From: an uncultured Actinomycetes bacterium
GTDB taxonomy: Bacteria > Actinomycetota > Thermoleophilia > UBA2241
Assembly (NCBI GenBank): GCA_963767005.1
Contig: CAVYCN010000002.1
Span: 256,001 to 320,000 of the forward strand
Length of the DNA stretch: 64,000 nt
Reading direction: 5' to 3'
Shown here piece by piece: positions 33,796-44,532 of the stretch. The position numbers and the translations under genes were made by a program. The stretch's first letter is position 1. Each line of letters opens with the position of its first letter. Under the pieces are notes generated by a model. That model was not told where the DNA came from. It did not search any database and saw only the letters and a program-made list of their open reading frames with translations.

Positions 33796-34753
33796 GGACG
33801 ATCCCGACGAGCGCGCCGGCGATGACCGCGGCGGCGGGGGAGAGGTGTCCGCGACAGGCGGTGCCGGCGCCGTGAGCGCCGCGAGGGGCGACGACGATCG
33901 TGGCGGCGCCACGATCGTCGTCGCCCCCTACGCCGGCTACTGCTACGGCGTCGAACGGGCCCTGCGCCTGGCCGAAGAGGCCGGCGTCACGCTCTCGCCG
34001 CCGATCTACACGCTCGGCCCGCTCATCCACAACCCGTCGGTCGTGGAGCGCCTCGCGCGCGGCGGCATCGCCGCGGTCGACGACCTCGAGCAGATCGAGC
34101 GCGGCACGGTGATCGTGCGCACCCATGGCGTCGACCCCAAGGTCGTGGCCGCCGCACGGGCCCGCGGCCTGGCCGTGATCGACGCCACCTGTCCGTTCGT
34201 CACGGTGGCTCAGCAGAAGGCCGAGATGCTGCGTGACAAGGGCTACGTGCCTGTCATCCTCGGCGAGCGCGACCACCCCGAGGTCGTGGGCCTGGCCGCG
34301 TGGGCCGGCGCCGGTGCGGTGCTCGTGCAGGACGCCGAGGAGCTGCGCCTGTCCGAGGTGCGCAACAAGCGCGTCGGCGTCGTCGTGCAGACGACGCAGA
34401 CGCGCGACAACCTCGCCCGGCTGGCGGCGCGCCTGGCGCCGGTGGCGCGCGAGACGCTCGTCTTCAACACCATCTGCGACGCGACCGGCAAGCGTCAGGC
34501 GGCCGCCCAGAAGCTCGCCGGCGAAGTCGACGCTGTGATCGTGGTCGGCGGCCGCAACAGCGCCAACACGACTCGCCTCGCCAGCCTGTGCCGCTCCATC
34601 CAGCCACGCACCTGGCACATCGAGACGGCGGCCGAACTCGAGGCCGGCTGGCTGTCCGGCGCCGTGCGGGTCGGCGTGACCGCCGGCGCTTCGACCCCCG
34701 AGGAGGAGATCGAGGCCGTGGTGGCGCGCATCCGCGAGCTCACGCAGCCGTGA
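33782..34753 (+). CDS. ispH: 4-hydroxy-3-methylbut-2-enyl diphosphate reductase (start uncertain)
   Basis: GYCYGV, IHNP, DATCPFV, TICDAT, SANT, TAGASTP. Confidence 0.94.
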   Translation: MRPSEDDPDERAGDDRGGGGEVSATGGAGAVSAARGDDDRGGATIVVAPYAGYCYGVERALRLAEEAGVTLSPPIYTLGPLIHNPSVVERLARGGIAAVDDLEQIERGTVIVRTHGVDPKVVAAARARGLAVIDATCPFVTVAQQKAEMLRDKGYVPVILGERDHPEVVGLAAWAGAGAVLVQDAEELRLSEVRNKRVGVVVQTTQTRDNLARLAARLAPVARETLVFNTICDATGKRQAAAQKLAGEVDAVIVVGGRNSANTTRLASLCRSIQPRTWHIETAAELEAGWLSGAVRVGVTAGASTPEEEIEAVVARIRELTQP

Positions 34754-34772
34754 GCCGCCGGCCGCCAGGGCG

Positions 34773-36119
<1,347 letters not shown>

Positions 36120-36241
36120 GTCGCACCCTCCCGGCGACGCGCCCGGCAGAAGGCGCGGGGGGCACCCGTGAGCCGGTCGCTGCGGAGTCCGCCGGGCGCG
36201 AGGGCCACTTGCAGGAAAGCGCCCGATACCGTACGTTCTCC

Positions 36242-36305
36242 CACACAGTCGCACTTGACTGTAGCCCGTGTGAGCTTAGTATCGTTTGCGATTCTGTGCG
36301 ATTCG
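36242..36305 (+). promoter_or_regulatory. Promoter/operator region of the first island operon
   Basis: TTGACT (36255) with TAGTAT 16 nt later; cacacagtcgcac and tandem tgcgattc units, also seen at 53648. Confidence 0.55.
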
Positions 36306-36603
36306 ATCCGGGCTCTGTACGGGATCGCGGCGGCAAGGGGGGTGCCCGAACACTCCCGGCGACGCGGCCGCTCCGTCGCCCGAGTCGGGCAGAGGGGCGG
36401 CGCCGCGAAGGGGGCGGACGCATGGCGGCCCACGGCGACACGGTCCCGTGCGGAGACACGGCGAGGGTGGGCAACGAAATCGCCAGGGATTAAGCTAGCA
36501 CGAGGGCACGGCTGCGGGGTCGCGGTCCTTTCCCCGAGTGGGCCACGAAAGGAGCGGGTGGACACATGAACGCGGACACCACGATGGTCGAGGGAGGTGC
36601 TCG

Positions 36604-37551
36604 GTGAAGGTGCGGCTCTTCTTCGCTACCGACGTACACGGGTCCGAGGTCTGCTGGCGCAAGTTCATCAACTCGGCCAAGCACTACGAAGCCGACGTCC
36701 TCATCCTGGGCGGCGACATGACCGGCAAGGCGATCGTCCCGGTCGTGGCGACCGGCGCCGACAGCTGGCAGTACCACATGCAGGACCTGCAGCACGAGCT
36801 GCACGGCGACGACGAGCTCGCCAAGGGCGAGCGCCTGATCCGCGATCACGGTTACTATCCGGTGCGAGTCACGCACGACCAGGTGCAGGAGTACATGTCG
36901 CAGCCCGAGAAGCTCGACGACCTCTTCGCCCAGGAGCGCCGGCACACCCTCGAGGGCTGGGTCGAGTGGGCCGACGAGCGCCTCGCCGGCAGCGGCATCC
37001 AGTGCATCGTCTGTCCCGGCAACGACGACCATAGCGACATCGACGAGGTCCTCGCCACGTCCAAGGAGATCATCGTGGGCGAGGGCAACGTCCTCGACCT
37101 GTCGGGCGGCTACCAGCTTGTCTCGAGCGGGTGGACCAACCTGACCCCCTGGGACACGCCGCGCGAAGAAGACGAACCGCTTCTCAAGCGGCGCATCGAG
37201 GCGATCATCGCGCAGGCCAGCGCACCGGCCGACAAGCTCGTCCTCGGCCTGCACGCGCCGCCCTTCGACACGCAGCTCGACGTGGCTCCCAAGATCGACT
37301 GGGAGACGCTCACGGTGCAGGGCCAGGACACGGCCCACGTGGGTTCCACGGCGGTGCGCGAGATCATCGACCAGGTGCAGCCGCTGCTGTCGCTGCACGG
37401 CCACATCCACGAAAGCCGCGCCGCCGTGCGCATCGGGCGCACGCTTGCGGTCAACCCCGGCAGCTCCTACGTCGAGGGCACGCTGTCGGGCTGCGTCGTC
37501 GAGCTCGACGGCAAGAGCAAGGTCAAACGCTACCGGCTGACCATGGGATGA
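36604..37551 (+). CDS. Calcineurin-like (Icc-related) metallophosphoesterase, copy 1
   Basis: ATDVHG, GGD, PGNDD, HAPP, HGHIHE; GTG after GGAGG. Confidence 0.88.
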   Translation: MKVRLFFATDVHGSEVCWRKFINSAKHYEADVLILGGDMTGKAIVPVVATGADSWQYHMQDLQHELHGDDELAKGERLIRDHGYYPVRVTHDQVQEYMSQPEKLDDLFAQERRHTLEGWVEWADERLAGSGIQCIVCPGNDDHSDIDEVLATSKEIIVGEGNVLDLSGGYQLVSSGWTNLTPWDTPREEDEPLLKRRIEAIIAQASAPADKLVLGLHAPPFDTQLDVAPKIDWETLTVQGQDTAHVGSTAVREIIDQVQPLLSLHGHIHESRAAVRIGRTLAVNPGSSYVEGTLSGCVVELDGKSKVKRYRLTMG

Positions 37552-37628
37552 GCGTGCCCGGGTCTGTCGTTCGGGGGAGGCGGCGTCCGTCGCCGTCCGT
37601 GATGGGTCAGTTCAAGGAGGTTCGCTAG

Positions 37629-39272
37629 ATGGCGACGAACACGCAAGCACCGCGGGCGCCGGAGCAAACGCTCTTCGTCCGCAAGGCGAGCGGTCTGGTC
37701 AAGGGGTGGTCCACGACCGACGGCTTTCGCTACTCGTTCTTCTCGACCAACATCTTCCTGGGAATCTGGGGCATCCTCTACTGTGTCTTCATCCCTGGAG
37801 GCAGCGTGTTCTGGGGTGTCGTCATCACGACGGCGTTCGTTCTGCTCGAAGTGTTGGTGTATTCGGGCCTGATCTCAGCCATGCCGCGTGCCGGCGGCGA
37901 CTATGTCTGGCAATCGCGCGTGTTTCACAGCTCGGTGGGCTTTGTGCTAGGGGCCACGGGCTGGTGGTTCATTCTCTGGCTCTGGATCCCCATCTACGCC
38001 GCCCTGTGCGTGAACTCGTTCATCAACCCGGTCCTCAGGATCGTCGGCGCCGGTGGCACCGCCAACTGGCTGCTCACGCACAACGGCGTCTTCGTGGCCT
38101 CACTTGCCACCATCGCGCTCGCCACGTATCTGGTCGCGATCGGCATGAAGGCCTATGCGACCTTCCAGAAGTGGGCCCTCTGGATCGGCCTGGCCGGCAT
38201 CGCCGTCGCCGGCGTCATCCTGCTCGTCACCTCGAAGGCCGGGTTCATCAGCGCCTTCAACCGTGAGAGCCTCCACCTCTACGGCGCGCACAACGCCTAC
38301 GCCGCGACCATCAAGAACAGCGGCGCCGGCATGCCGTCGTCGATGTTCAGCGGCACGGTCTGGCAGACCTTCAAGCTCATCCCCTTCATGTGCTTCTGGT
38401 TGCTGTGGCCGAACTGGGGCGCCACCCTCTACGGCGAGGTCCGCGGCGCCAAGGACTTCCGCAAGAACATCTACCAGATGGGTGGCGGCCTGCTGTCGGC
38501 GGCCGTCATAGTGATCATCTTTCTGTTCCTCGTGACCAAGACGATGGGCTACAAGTTCTTCATGGCCGCGGCCAACGGCTACATGGGCGTGCTCTACGGC
38601 TACATCAAGTCGACGCCGCACAACGGCGACTACCTCTCGCCGACCGCCATGATCGCCTGGGTCGTCAACAACTCGGCCTTCCAGGTGGTCCTCATCGCCG
38701 CCATCAGCCTGCTCGTGTTCGGCTGGTGGGGCACCGTGTTCCTCTCGTCGACGCGCATGATCTTCGCTTCGGCCTTCGACCGCATCCTGCCCGAAGGCGT
38801 GGCCAAGGTGACGTCGGGCGGCGTGCCGGTCGTGGCGCTTCTGTGCATGGTGATCCCGTCGATCATCGTGTCGGCCTTCTACGCCTACCAGCCTTCGTTC
38901 GTGCAGCTCACCTATGACGCCACGCTGGTCATCGCGGTCATGTTCCTCGGCTCCGGCCTGGCTTTCATGGTCATGCCGTGGCGCACCAAGACCATCTGGG
39001 ACAACTCGGCGCTGCCCAAGCTCAAGGCCCTGGGTGTGCCGATCATGTCGATCGTGGCCGCCGCCTACTCGGCGTTCATGGTGTTCAACCTCTACCTGTG
39101 GATCTACGACCCGACCAACACCTACGGCATCGGCTACAAGAACAAGAACTCGATGATCTTCATGGGCATCCTGTACGTCGCCGCGATCGCCATCTGGGTC
39201 GTGGCCTGGGCCGTCCGCAAGCGCCAGGGCATGGCGCTCGAAGCGGTCGCCAAGGAGATCCCGGTCGAGTAA
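37629..39272 (+). CDS. APC-superfamily permease, copy 1
   Basis: About 12 or more TM segments; FVRKASGL, MPRAGGDY, GEVRGA, AFDRILP, C-terminal EIPVE. Confidence 0.9.
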   Translation: MATNTQAPRAPEQTLFVRKASGLVKGWSTTDGFRYSFFSTNIFLGIWGILYCVFIPGGSVFWGVVITTAFVLLEVLVYSGLISAMPRAGGDYVWQSRVFHSSVGFVLGATGWWFILWLWIPIYAALCVNSFINPVLRIVGAGGTANWLLTHNGVFVASLATIALATYLVAIGMKAYATFQKWALWIGLAGIAVAGVILLVTSKAGFISAFNRESLHLYGAHNAYAATIKNSGAGMPSSMFSGTVWQTFKLIPFMCFWLLWPNWGATLYGEVRGAKDFRKNIYQMGGGLLSAAVIVIIFLFLVTKTMGYKFFMAAANGYMGVLYGYIKSTPHNGDYLSPTAMIAWVVNNSAFQVVLIAAISLLVFGWWGTVFLSSTRMIFASAFDRILPEGVAKVTSGGVPVVALLCMVIPSIIVSAFYAYQPSFVQLTYDATLVIAVMFLGSGLAFMVMPWRTKTIWDNSALPKLKALGVPIMSIVAAAYSAFMVFNLYLWIYDPTNTYGIGYKNKNSMIFMGILYVAAIAIWVVAWAVRKRQGMALEAVAKEIPVE

Positions 39273-39311
39273 CCTGCATCTGTCGTATACGCCAGTCTCG
39301 CGCGGCGTGAC

Positions 39312-39354
39312 GGCGGCGGCGGTCCGGCCCCACAGGGGCCGGACCGCCGCCGCC
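39312..39354. terminator. 20-bp intra-operon hairpin
   Basis: ggcggcggcggtccggcccc-aca-ggggccggaccgccgccgcc. Confidence 0.5.
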
Positions 39355-39392
39355 CTGCCACGCCGGGCACCGACCACGAAGGAGGTCGATAC

Positions 39393-40205
39393 ATGGCACA
39401 GCCGTTCATCCTGCCCAAGGACATCCCGATCGAGCGTTACCCCAAGCCCGAGGTCTTCCTCTCCGAGGGCAAGCGCCTGACCGAGGAAGCGCAGAAGCGC
39501 GGCATCATCATGCGCGTCATGGGGCCGCTCGCGCTGCACTACTACTTCCCTGACCAGATCGACCTGTATGCCAAGCTCGAGCGCCTCGGTGAGCGCTACT
39601 TCACCGACATCGACTACGCGGCCTACAGCAAGACCGGCGGCAAGATGCGCGACTTCATGAAGGACATGGGCTACGAGTGCGACCTGCAGACCATGGCGAT
39701 GTCGGGCAAGACGCGGCACATCTACTACGCCGGCCCCGTGCCGATGATCGACGTGTTCTTCGACAAGCTCGACTACTGCCACGAGGTCAACTACAAGGAC
39801 CGTCTCGAGCTCGATCCGTGGAGCGTCTCGCTGTCCGACATCCTGCTGCAGAAGCTGCAGATCGTCGAGATCAACGACAAGGACCTGAAGGACATCGAGT
39901 ATCTGTTCATCACCTGCGAGATCGGCGACGACGACGATCACAAGATCAACCAGAACTACATCGCCAAGCGCTTCGCCGACGACTGGGGCTTCTGGTACAC
40001 CGCGACGCAGCTCAACCTCGATCGCGTCAAGAAGCACTGCGACACGGTGCCGGCCCTCACGCCCGAGATGCGCGAGCGGGTCAAGGCGCAGGCCGACAAG
40101 ATGATCGCGCGCGTCGACGCCGAGCCCAAGACCAAGGCCTGGACCAAGCGCGCCAAGAAGGGCGCCTCGAAGACCTGGTACAACGAGGGCTTCTCCGACT
40201 GGTGA
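39393..40205 (+). CDS. Uncharacterised nucleotidyltransferase-fold protein, copy 1
   Basis: RVMGPLA ... RYFTDIDY (hG/DxD pattern), IDVFFD third Asp, KLQIVEINDKD; paralog of 45548-46360. Confidence 0.7.
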   Translation: MAQPFILPKDIPIERYPKPEVFLSEGKRLTEEAQKRGIIMRVMGPLALHYYFPDQIDLYAKLERLGERYFTDIDYAAYSKTGGKMRDFMKDMGYECDLQTMAMSGKTRHIYYAGPVPMIDVFFDKLDYCHEVNYKDRLELDPWSVSLSDILLQKLQIVEINDKDLKDIEYLFITCEIGDDDDHKINQNYIAKRFADDWGFWYTATQLNLDRVKKHCDTVPALTPEMRERVKAQADKMIARVDAEPKTKAWTKRAKKGASKTWYNEGFSDW

Positions 40206-40251
40206 CGCCCGCACGGCAGCGATCCCGAGAAGGAGGAAGGTTCAAGCGTCT

Positions 40252-41661
40252 ATGAAGATCCTCACCCGTATGGGCGACAGCTCCACGGTCGAGATCACCC
40301 GTGACGAGTTGCGCCACGAACTCGAGGAGGGCACCGAGTCGGCCGCCAAGAGGGCCAAGATCCCTCCGCTCACCGAGAACGAGCTCGACTACCTCGAGGA
40401 CATGTTCGCCTGCCCCAGCCGCATCTGGGGCGTCGAGCGTGGTCACGAGGTCGTCATGACGAAGGACGGGTGCGTCAACGCCCTGAACTCGTCGCGCATG
40501 TCGAGCGGCGTGACGGCGCCGGTCAACCGCGAGGTCGGCGTGCGCCTCTTCGAGTCGATGCTCGGCTTCGACTCGATGGAGGTCTCGCACAACGACTACT
40601 CGGTCAAGCCGCAGCGCTTCCTCAAGGCGCTCGAGCAGGTGCACATGGAGCTCCTGCAGGAGACCACGATCTTCCCCCTGCTCTACGGCTTCATGCCCAA
40701 CCTGGGGCTCTACTACCGGCCCGACGGCTCCTTCGAGAACCCCTCCGACCTGCTGCCACTGGGCAAGATCGACGAAGCTCGCAAGACCCAGGAAGCGGCC
40801 CTGCAGGCGTGCATGGACGACTGCATCCTGATGAGCGACTGCATGCTCGAGATGGGCGCCGACGGCATCGACTACGACACCGTGGCATCCACGGGCGACG
40901 CCGAGTTCCTCGCCGTCCTGAAGACGACCGAGCACGTTGCCAACGTCACCGGTCTGCCGGTCGAGATCGGCATGTCGGCCGAGATGGTGCTCGGCTTCCA
41001 CGGCGAGCTCGAATACGACGGCGTGCGGCTCGCCGGCCTGTGGCCGCACCAGCAGCTCCAGCTCTGCGAGAAGGCCGGCACCGCGATCTTCGGGCCGGTC
41101 GTGAACACCAACACCAGAAAGACGGTGCCCTGGAACCTCTCGCGGGCCGTCACCTTCGTGAAGGCCTGCACCGACATCGCCAAGATCCCGGTGCACGCCA
41201 ACGTCGGCATGGGCGTCGGCGGCGTGCCGATGTTCGAGACGCCGGCCGTCGACGCGGTGACCAGGGCCAGCGCGGCCATGGTCGAGATCGGCCGCGCCGA
41301 CGGGTTGTAGGTGGGTACAGGCGATCCAGCCGGCATGCACATGGCGCATCTGCTGGCCTCGTCGATGGGTGGCATCAGGGCCGCTGGAGATCTGGTAGCC
41401 CGTATGGAGCTCAAGAAGATGAGGATCACGGAAGCCAAGCAGTACGTGGCCGACAAGCTGCACGTCAGCCCGCTCGACCTGTCCGACCCGCTCGTCATGC
41501 GCAACCTGCGCGAGGAGCTCGACATCGGCGTCATCACCGGCGTGCCGGGCGTCGCGAAGGGCATGGCGGCGAAGTTCCGCATCGCCGAGCTGCTCGACAT
41601 CGAGATCAACTCGGTGGAGCAGTTCAAGAAGAAGACCGGCGTCACGACCGCCAAGGTCTGA
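40252..41661 (+). CDS. mtbB: MtbB-family (dimethylamine:corrinoid) methyltransferase with in-frame amber codon, probable pyrrolysine at codon 353
   Basis: ORFs 40252-41310 and 41311-41661 are one frame separated only by TAG (41308-41310). MtbB motifs on both sides: [64 protein letters not shown]. Confidence 0.92.
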
Positions 41662-41670
41662 GAGCGCCGC

Positions 41671-41730
41671 AAAAGCGAAGCGACGGGGCGGGGCGAGCCA
41701 GAGGGCTCGCCCTGTCCCGTCGCCGTTTTC
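41671..41730. terminator. Bidirectional terminator between convergent operons
   Basis: aaaa..gcgacggggcggggcgagcc-agag-ggctcgccctgtcccgtcgc..tttt. Confidence 0.75.
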
Positions 41731-41732
41731 GG

Positions 41733-42659
41733 TCAGACCTGGGAGAGCCAGTCCCTGAAGGCGGGCTGGCCGGCGTTGCGCCAGAAACGCTCGATGCGGT
41801 TCATGCCGTAGGCGAAGAAATCGAAGTCGAGCGCCGAGACCTTGTGCTGGATCATCGCCCAGATGCTCCACCAGTGATCGGCGACCAGCTTGTAGAGCAT
41901 CATGCGGCCGTAGCGCTGCTCGTCCCAGCCGCCGCAGTAGGTGGTCAGGACGGTGCGCTCCTCGGCGTCGCTCAGCGGGTGCTCGACGCAGAAGTCGCCG
42001 AGGTCGAAGTACGGGTCGGCCATGCCGCCGTACTCCCAGTCGATCACCCACAGCCTGCCGTCCCGCGCGACGATGAAGTTCTCGGACAGCAGGTCGCAGT
42101 GGCAAGCGACGGGGGCCGGCTGGTCGCGCTCCATGGCGAGCTCGATGGCGTCGCCCAGCGGGAACATGTGCTCGAGCGACGCCGGCAGCACGGCGCCGAC
42201 CTCGTGGGCCATCGCCGTGTACTCGCGGATCATGTCGAAGACCTGGATCTCGTTCGAGAACACGGCGCCGTCGTGATAGGTGCGCACGGCCTGCACGATC
42301 TTGTCGAGATGGTCGGGGTGGCCGGCGATCGTGTCGGGGTGCAGGGTGACGCCGTCGATGAACGGCACCACCGTGCAGGGCCCCGGCTCGATGCGGTGCA
42401 GCAACGGCGGCGTCACGCCGGTCGCGGCGGCGGCCACGTGGTTGGCGAGCTCGCGCTCACGGTCGATGAAGACATCGGTGCCCTGGCCGGGGATGCGCAG
42501 CACGTAGCGCGCGGCCGGCTCCGCGCCCTCGCCGGCGACGCTCACCAGGAAGTTCTGGTTGGTGATGCCGCCGCCGAGCACCTCCCAGCTCACCTGCCGG
42601 CCCTGCCAGTCGGCGATCTGGGCGATGACCTCGTCGGGTGTCATGGTGGCGGTCGTCAT
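41733..42659 (-). CDS. Choline/ethanolamine kinase-family phosphotransferase, copy 1
   Basis: GGGITNQN, VLRIPG, CHCDLLSENF (Brenner motif), IDWEYGG, DPYFDLG. Confidence 0.88.
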   Translation of the reverse strand: MTTATMTPDEVIAQIADWQGRQVSWEVLGGGITNQNFLVSVAGEGAEPAARYVLRIPGQGTDVFIDRERELANHVAAAATGVTPPLLHRIEPGPCTVVPFIDGVTLHPDTIAGHPDHLDKIVQAVRTYHDGAVFSNEIQVFDMIREYTAMAHEVGAVLPASLEHMFPLGDAIELAMERDQPAPVACHCDLLSENFIVARDGRLWVIDWEYGGMADPYFDLGDFCVEHPLSDAEERTVLTTYCGGWDEQRYGRMMLYKLVADHWWSIWAMIQHKVSALDFDFFAYGMNRIERFWRNAGQPAFRDWLSQV

Positions 42660-42833
42660 GCTTCGTCGTCCCCTCGCTTGAGATCGTGGTGCGGCCGGAC
42701 CGACGCCGCTCGCAGCGGAAAGGAGCGATGGGACCGGCCTGTGCGGGTGGCGGGGAAGAGGCCGCGGGCGCCGGGCCGTGCAGCCCGGCGCCCGCGGCGC
42801 CCTTGCGAGCCCGCGGCTGATGCTAGAGCCGCC

Positions 42834-44468
42834 TCACTCGGGCGGCACCTCGAGGAACGCGTACGAGATGTCGACGCCCCTGCCGCGCTGGTAGTAACGG
42901 GTGATCCAGAAGACGACGAGGCAGGCGACGAACACGCCCGCGACGATGACGTAGCCGACGGTGTTCTTGAGACCGTAGGCGGGCTTGATCAGGAACAGCG
43001 CGGAAGCGATGACGCCGAGAACGAAGCCGATCAGTCCGAGCACGGTGACCCACGGGATACCGAAGATCTTGTACTGGGCGCCGGGCGCCGCGTCGAAGAG
43101 CGCCTTCGCGCGATACGGGAGCAGGGCGGCCGCGAGTGCGCTGACCACGAAGACGTAGCCTGCGGCGAACGTGACGCCCAGCGTCAGCTTCGCCCAGGAG
43201 CTGATCATGGTGTAGCCGAACAGCCAGACGACCCCGCAGATGAAGTAGATGAGGTGGGCGTTCAGCGGGGAGCGGAAGCGGGGGCTGATCCGCGAGAGCC
43301 AGGCCGGCAGCGTGCGGTCCAGCGACATGCCGACCATGATACGGGTCACCCCGATGTAGCAGTTGCAGGTGATCTGCAGCGAGGCGAGCATGAAGCAGAC
43401 GCCGGTGACGATCACGAGGATCGGGTTCGGCGAGATCACGGTCGCGTACGTGCCCGGGAAGGGGAAGACGCTGCCGATGCCGTTGCCCGACTTGCTCACC
43501 CCGCCGAACCACGAAGCCGACACCGCGTGGAAGAAGCCGGTGCCGACGGCCTTCTGCTCGGCGGCCGCGATGAGCGCGAGGACGCAGCCCAGCGCGATCA
43601 GGGAGCCCACGATGATGAAGATCTGGTTCTTGAACACGCGTGCGCCCTTGATCTCACCACCCTGCTCGACGCTGTAGGTCGCCCACTGCGTGCTGGTCCA
43701 GGCGATCGGGGCGGCCAGGAGGGTCGCTCCCAGGGCGAACTTCGCATGCAGGTTGAAGCCGGCGGCTGAGACGTCGTGCTGGATCCAGTTGTAGTAGTTC
43801 GGGTTCTTGTCGACGAAGGCCGAGTAGTGGTTCATCGCGACCGCGAAGCTCGACGGCGACGTACGCAGGAACTGGATGAGCACGATCGCGATGAGGATCC
43901 CGGTGCCGGCGAACATGAAGTACTGCAGGCGGACGTAGTTCTTGAAGCCGGTCACCAGCAGCATGGCCATGGCCGCCATTCCGATGATCGAGACGACGAT
44001 GAGCCCCTCCTTCGACTGCGCCCAGACGGCGGCGCTGACGAGGTGCTGGTTCTGGTAGTGGACGCCCAGGCCCATCAGCATGGGCGAGAGGCCGAGCGTG
44101 CAGAACAGCCAGCCGGCCAGCGACAGCCACTGCAGGATCCAGATGACGAAGCCGCTCATCACGATCGGAAAGCCGACCGCGCCTCCGAGGATACGGCTCT
44201 GGAAGACGTAGTCACCGCCGGAGCGCGGCATCGCCGTGGCCATCCAGCAGTAAGCCAGCGCGATCGGCAGCTCGAGCAGCGTGGCAAACAGGCACGCCAG
44301 CCACACCGAGACGCCGGGGAACGCATACGGCGCCTCGGCGATGATCCAGGGGAAGATGACCCCCATGGTCAGGAAGTTGTACATGAACGCAGACCAGGGC
44401 GACATGACCCTGGACAGCCCCGAAGCCTTGCGACTGAAGACTTCGGGTTTGGCGACGGTTGCTTCCAT
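42834..44468 (-). CDS. APC-superfamily permease, copy 2
   Basis: FSRKASGL, MPRSGGDY, GGEIKGA, SLDRTLP, C-terminal EVPPE. Confidence 0.9.
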   Translation of the reverse strand: MEATVAKPEVFSRKASGLSRVMSPWSAFMYNFLTMGVIFPWIIAEAPYAFPGVSVWLACLFATLLELPIALAYCWMATAMPRSGGDYVFQSRILGGAVGFPIVMSGFVIWILQWLSLAGWLFCTLGLSPMLMGLGVHYQNQHLVSAAVWAQSKEGLIVVSIIGMAAMAMLLVTGFKNYVRLQYFMFAGTGILIAIVLIQFLRTSPSSFAVAMNHYSAFVDKNPNYYNWIQHDVSAAGFNLHAKFALGATLLAAPIAWTSTQWATYSVEQGGEIKGARVFKNQIFIIVGSLIALGCVLALIAAAEQKAVGTGFFHAVSASWFGGVSKSGNGIGSVFPFPGTYATVISPNPILVIVTGVCFMLASLQITCNCYIGVTRIMVGMSLDRTLPAWLSRISPRFRSPLNAHLIYFICGVVWLFGYTMISSWAKLTLGVTFAAGYVFVVSALAAALLPYRAKALFDAAPGAQYKIFGIPWVTVLGLIGFVLGVIASALFLIKPAYGLKNTVGYVIVAGVFVACLVVFWITRYYQRGRGVDISYAFLEVPPE

Positions 44469-44532
44469 GGTTACCCCCAGATCAGTTTGCGGACCGAAAC
44501 GCCGGCCGGTTCACGGCCGTGAGTGAGCAGAC

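Noticed and set aside
36120-36603. Cobalamin or SAM riboswitch ahead of the methyltransferase island
   Set aside because: B12-box and SAM-I core motifs could not be found in the right order.
41311-41661. Separate 116-aa gene, or a nonsense-mutation pseudogene of mtbB
   Set aside because: No RBS, the GTG directly abuts the TAG in frame, both halves are intact, and the TAG falls at the family's pyrrolysine position.
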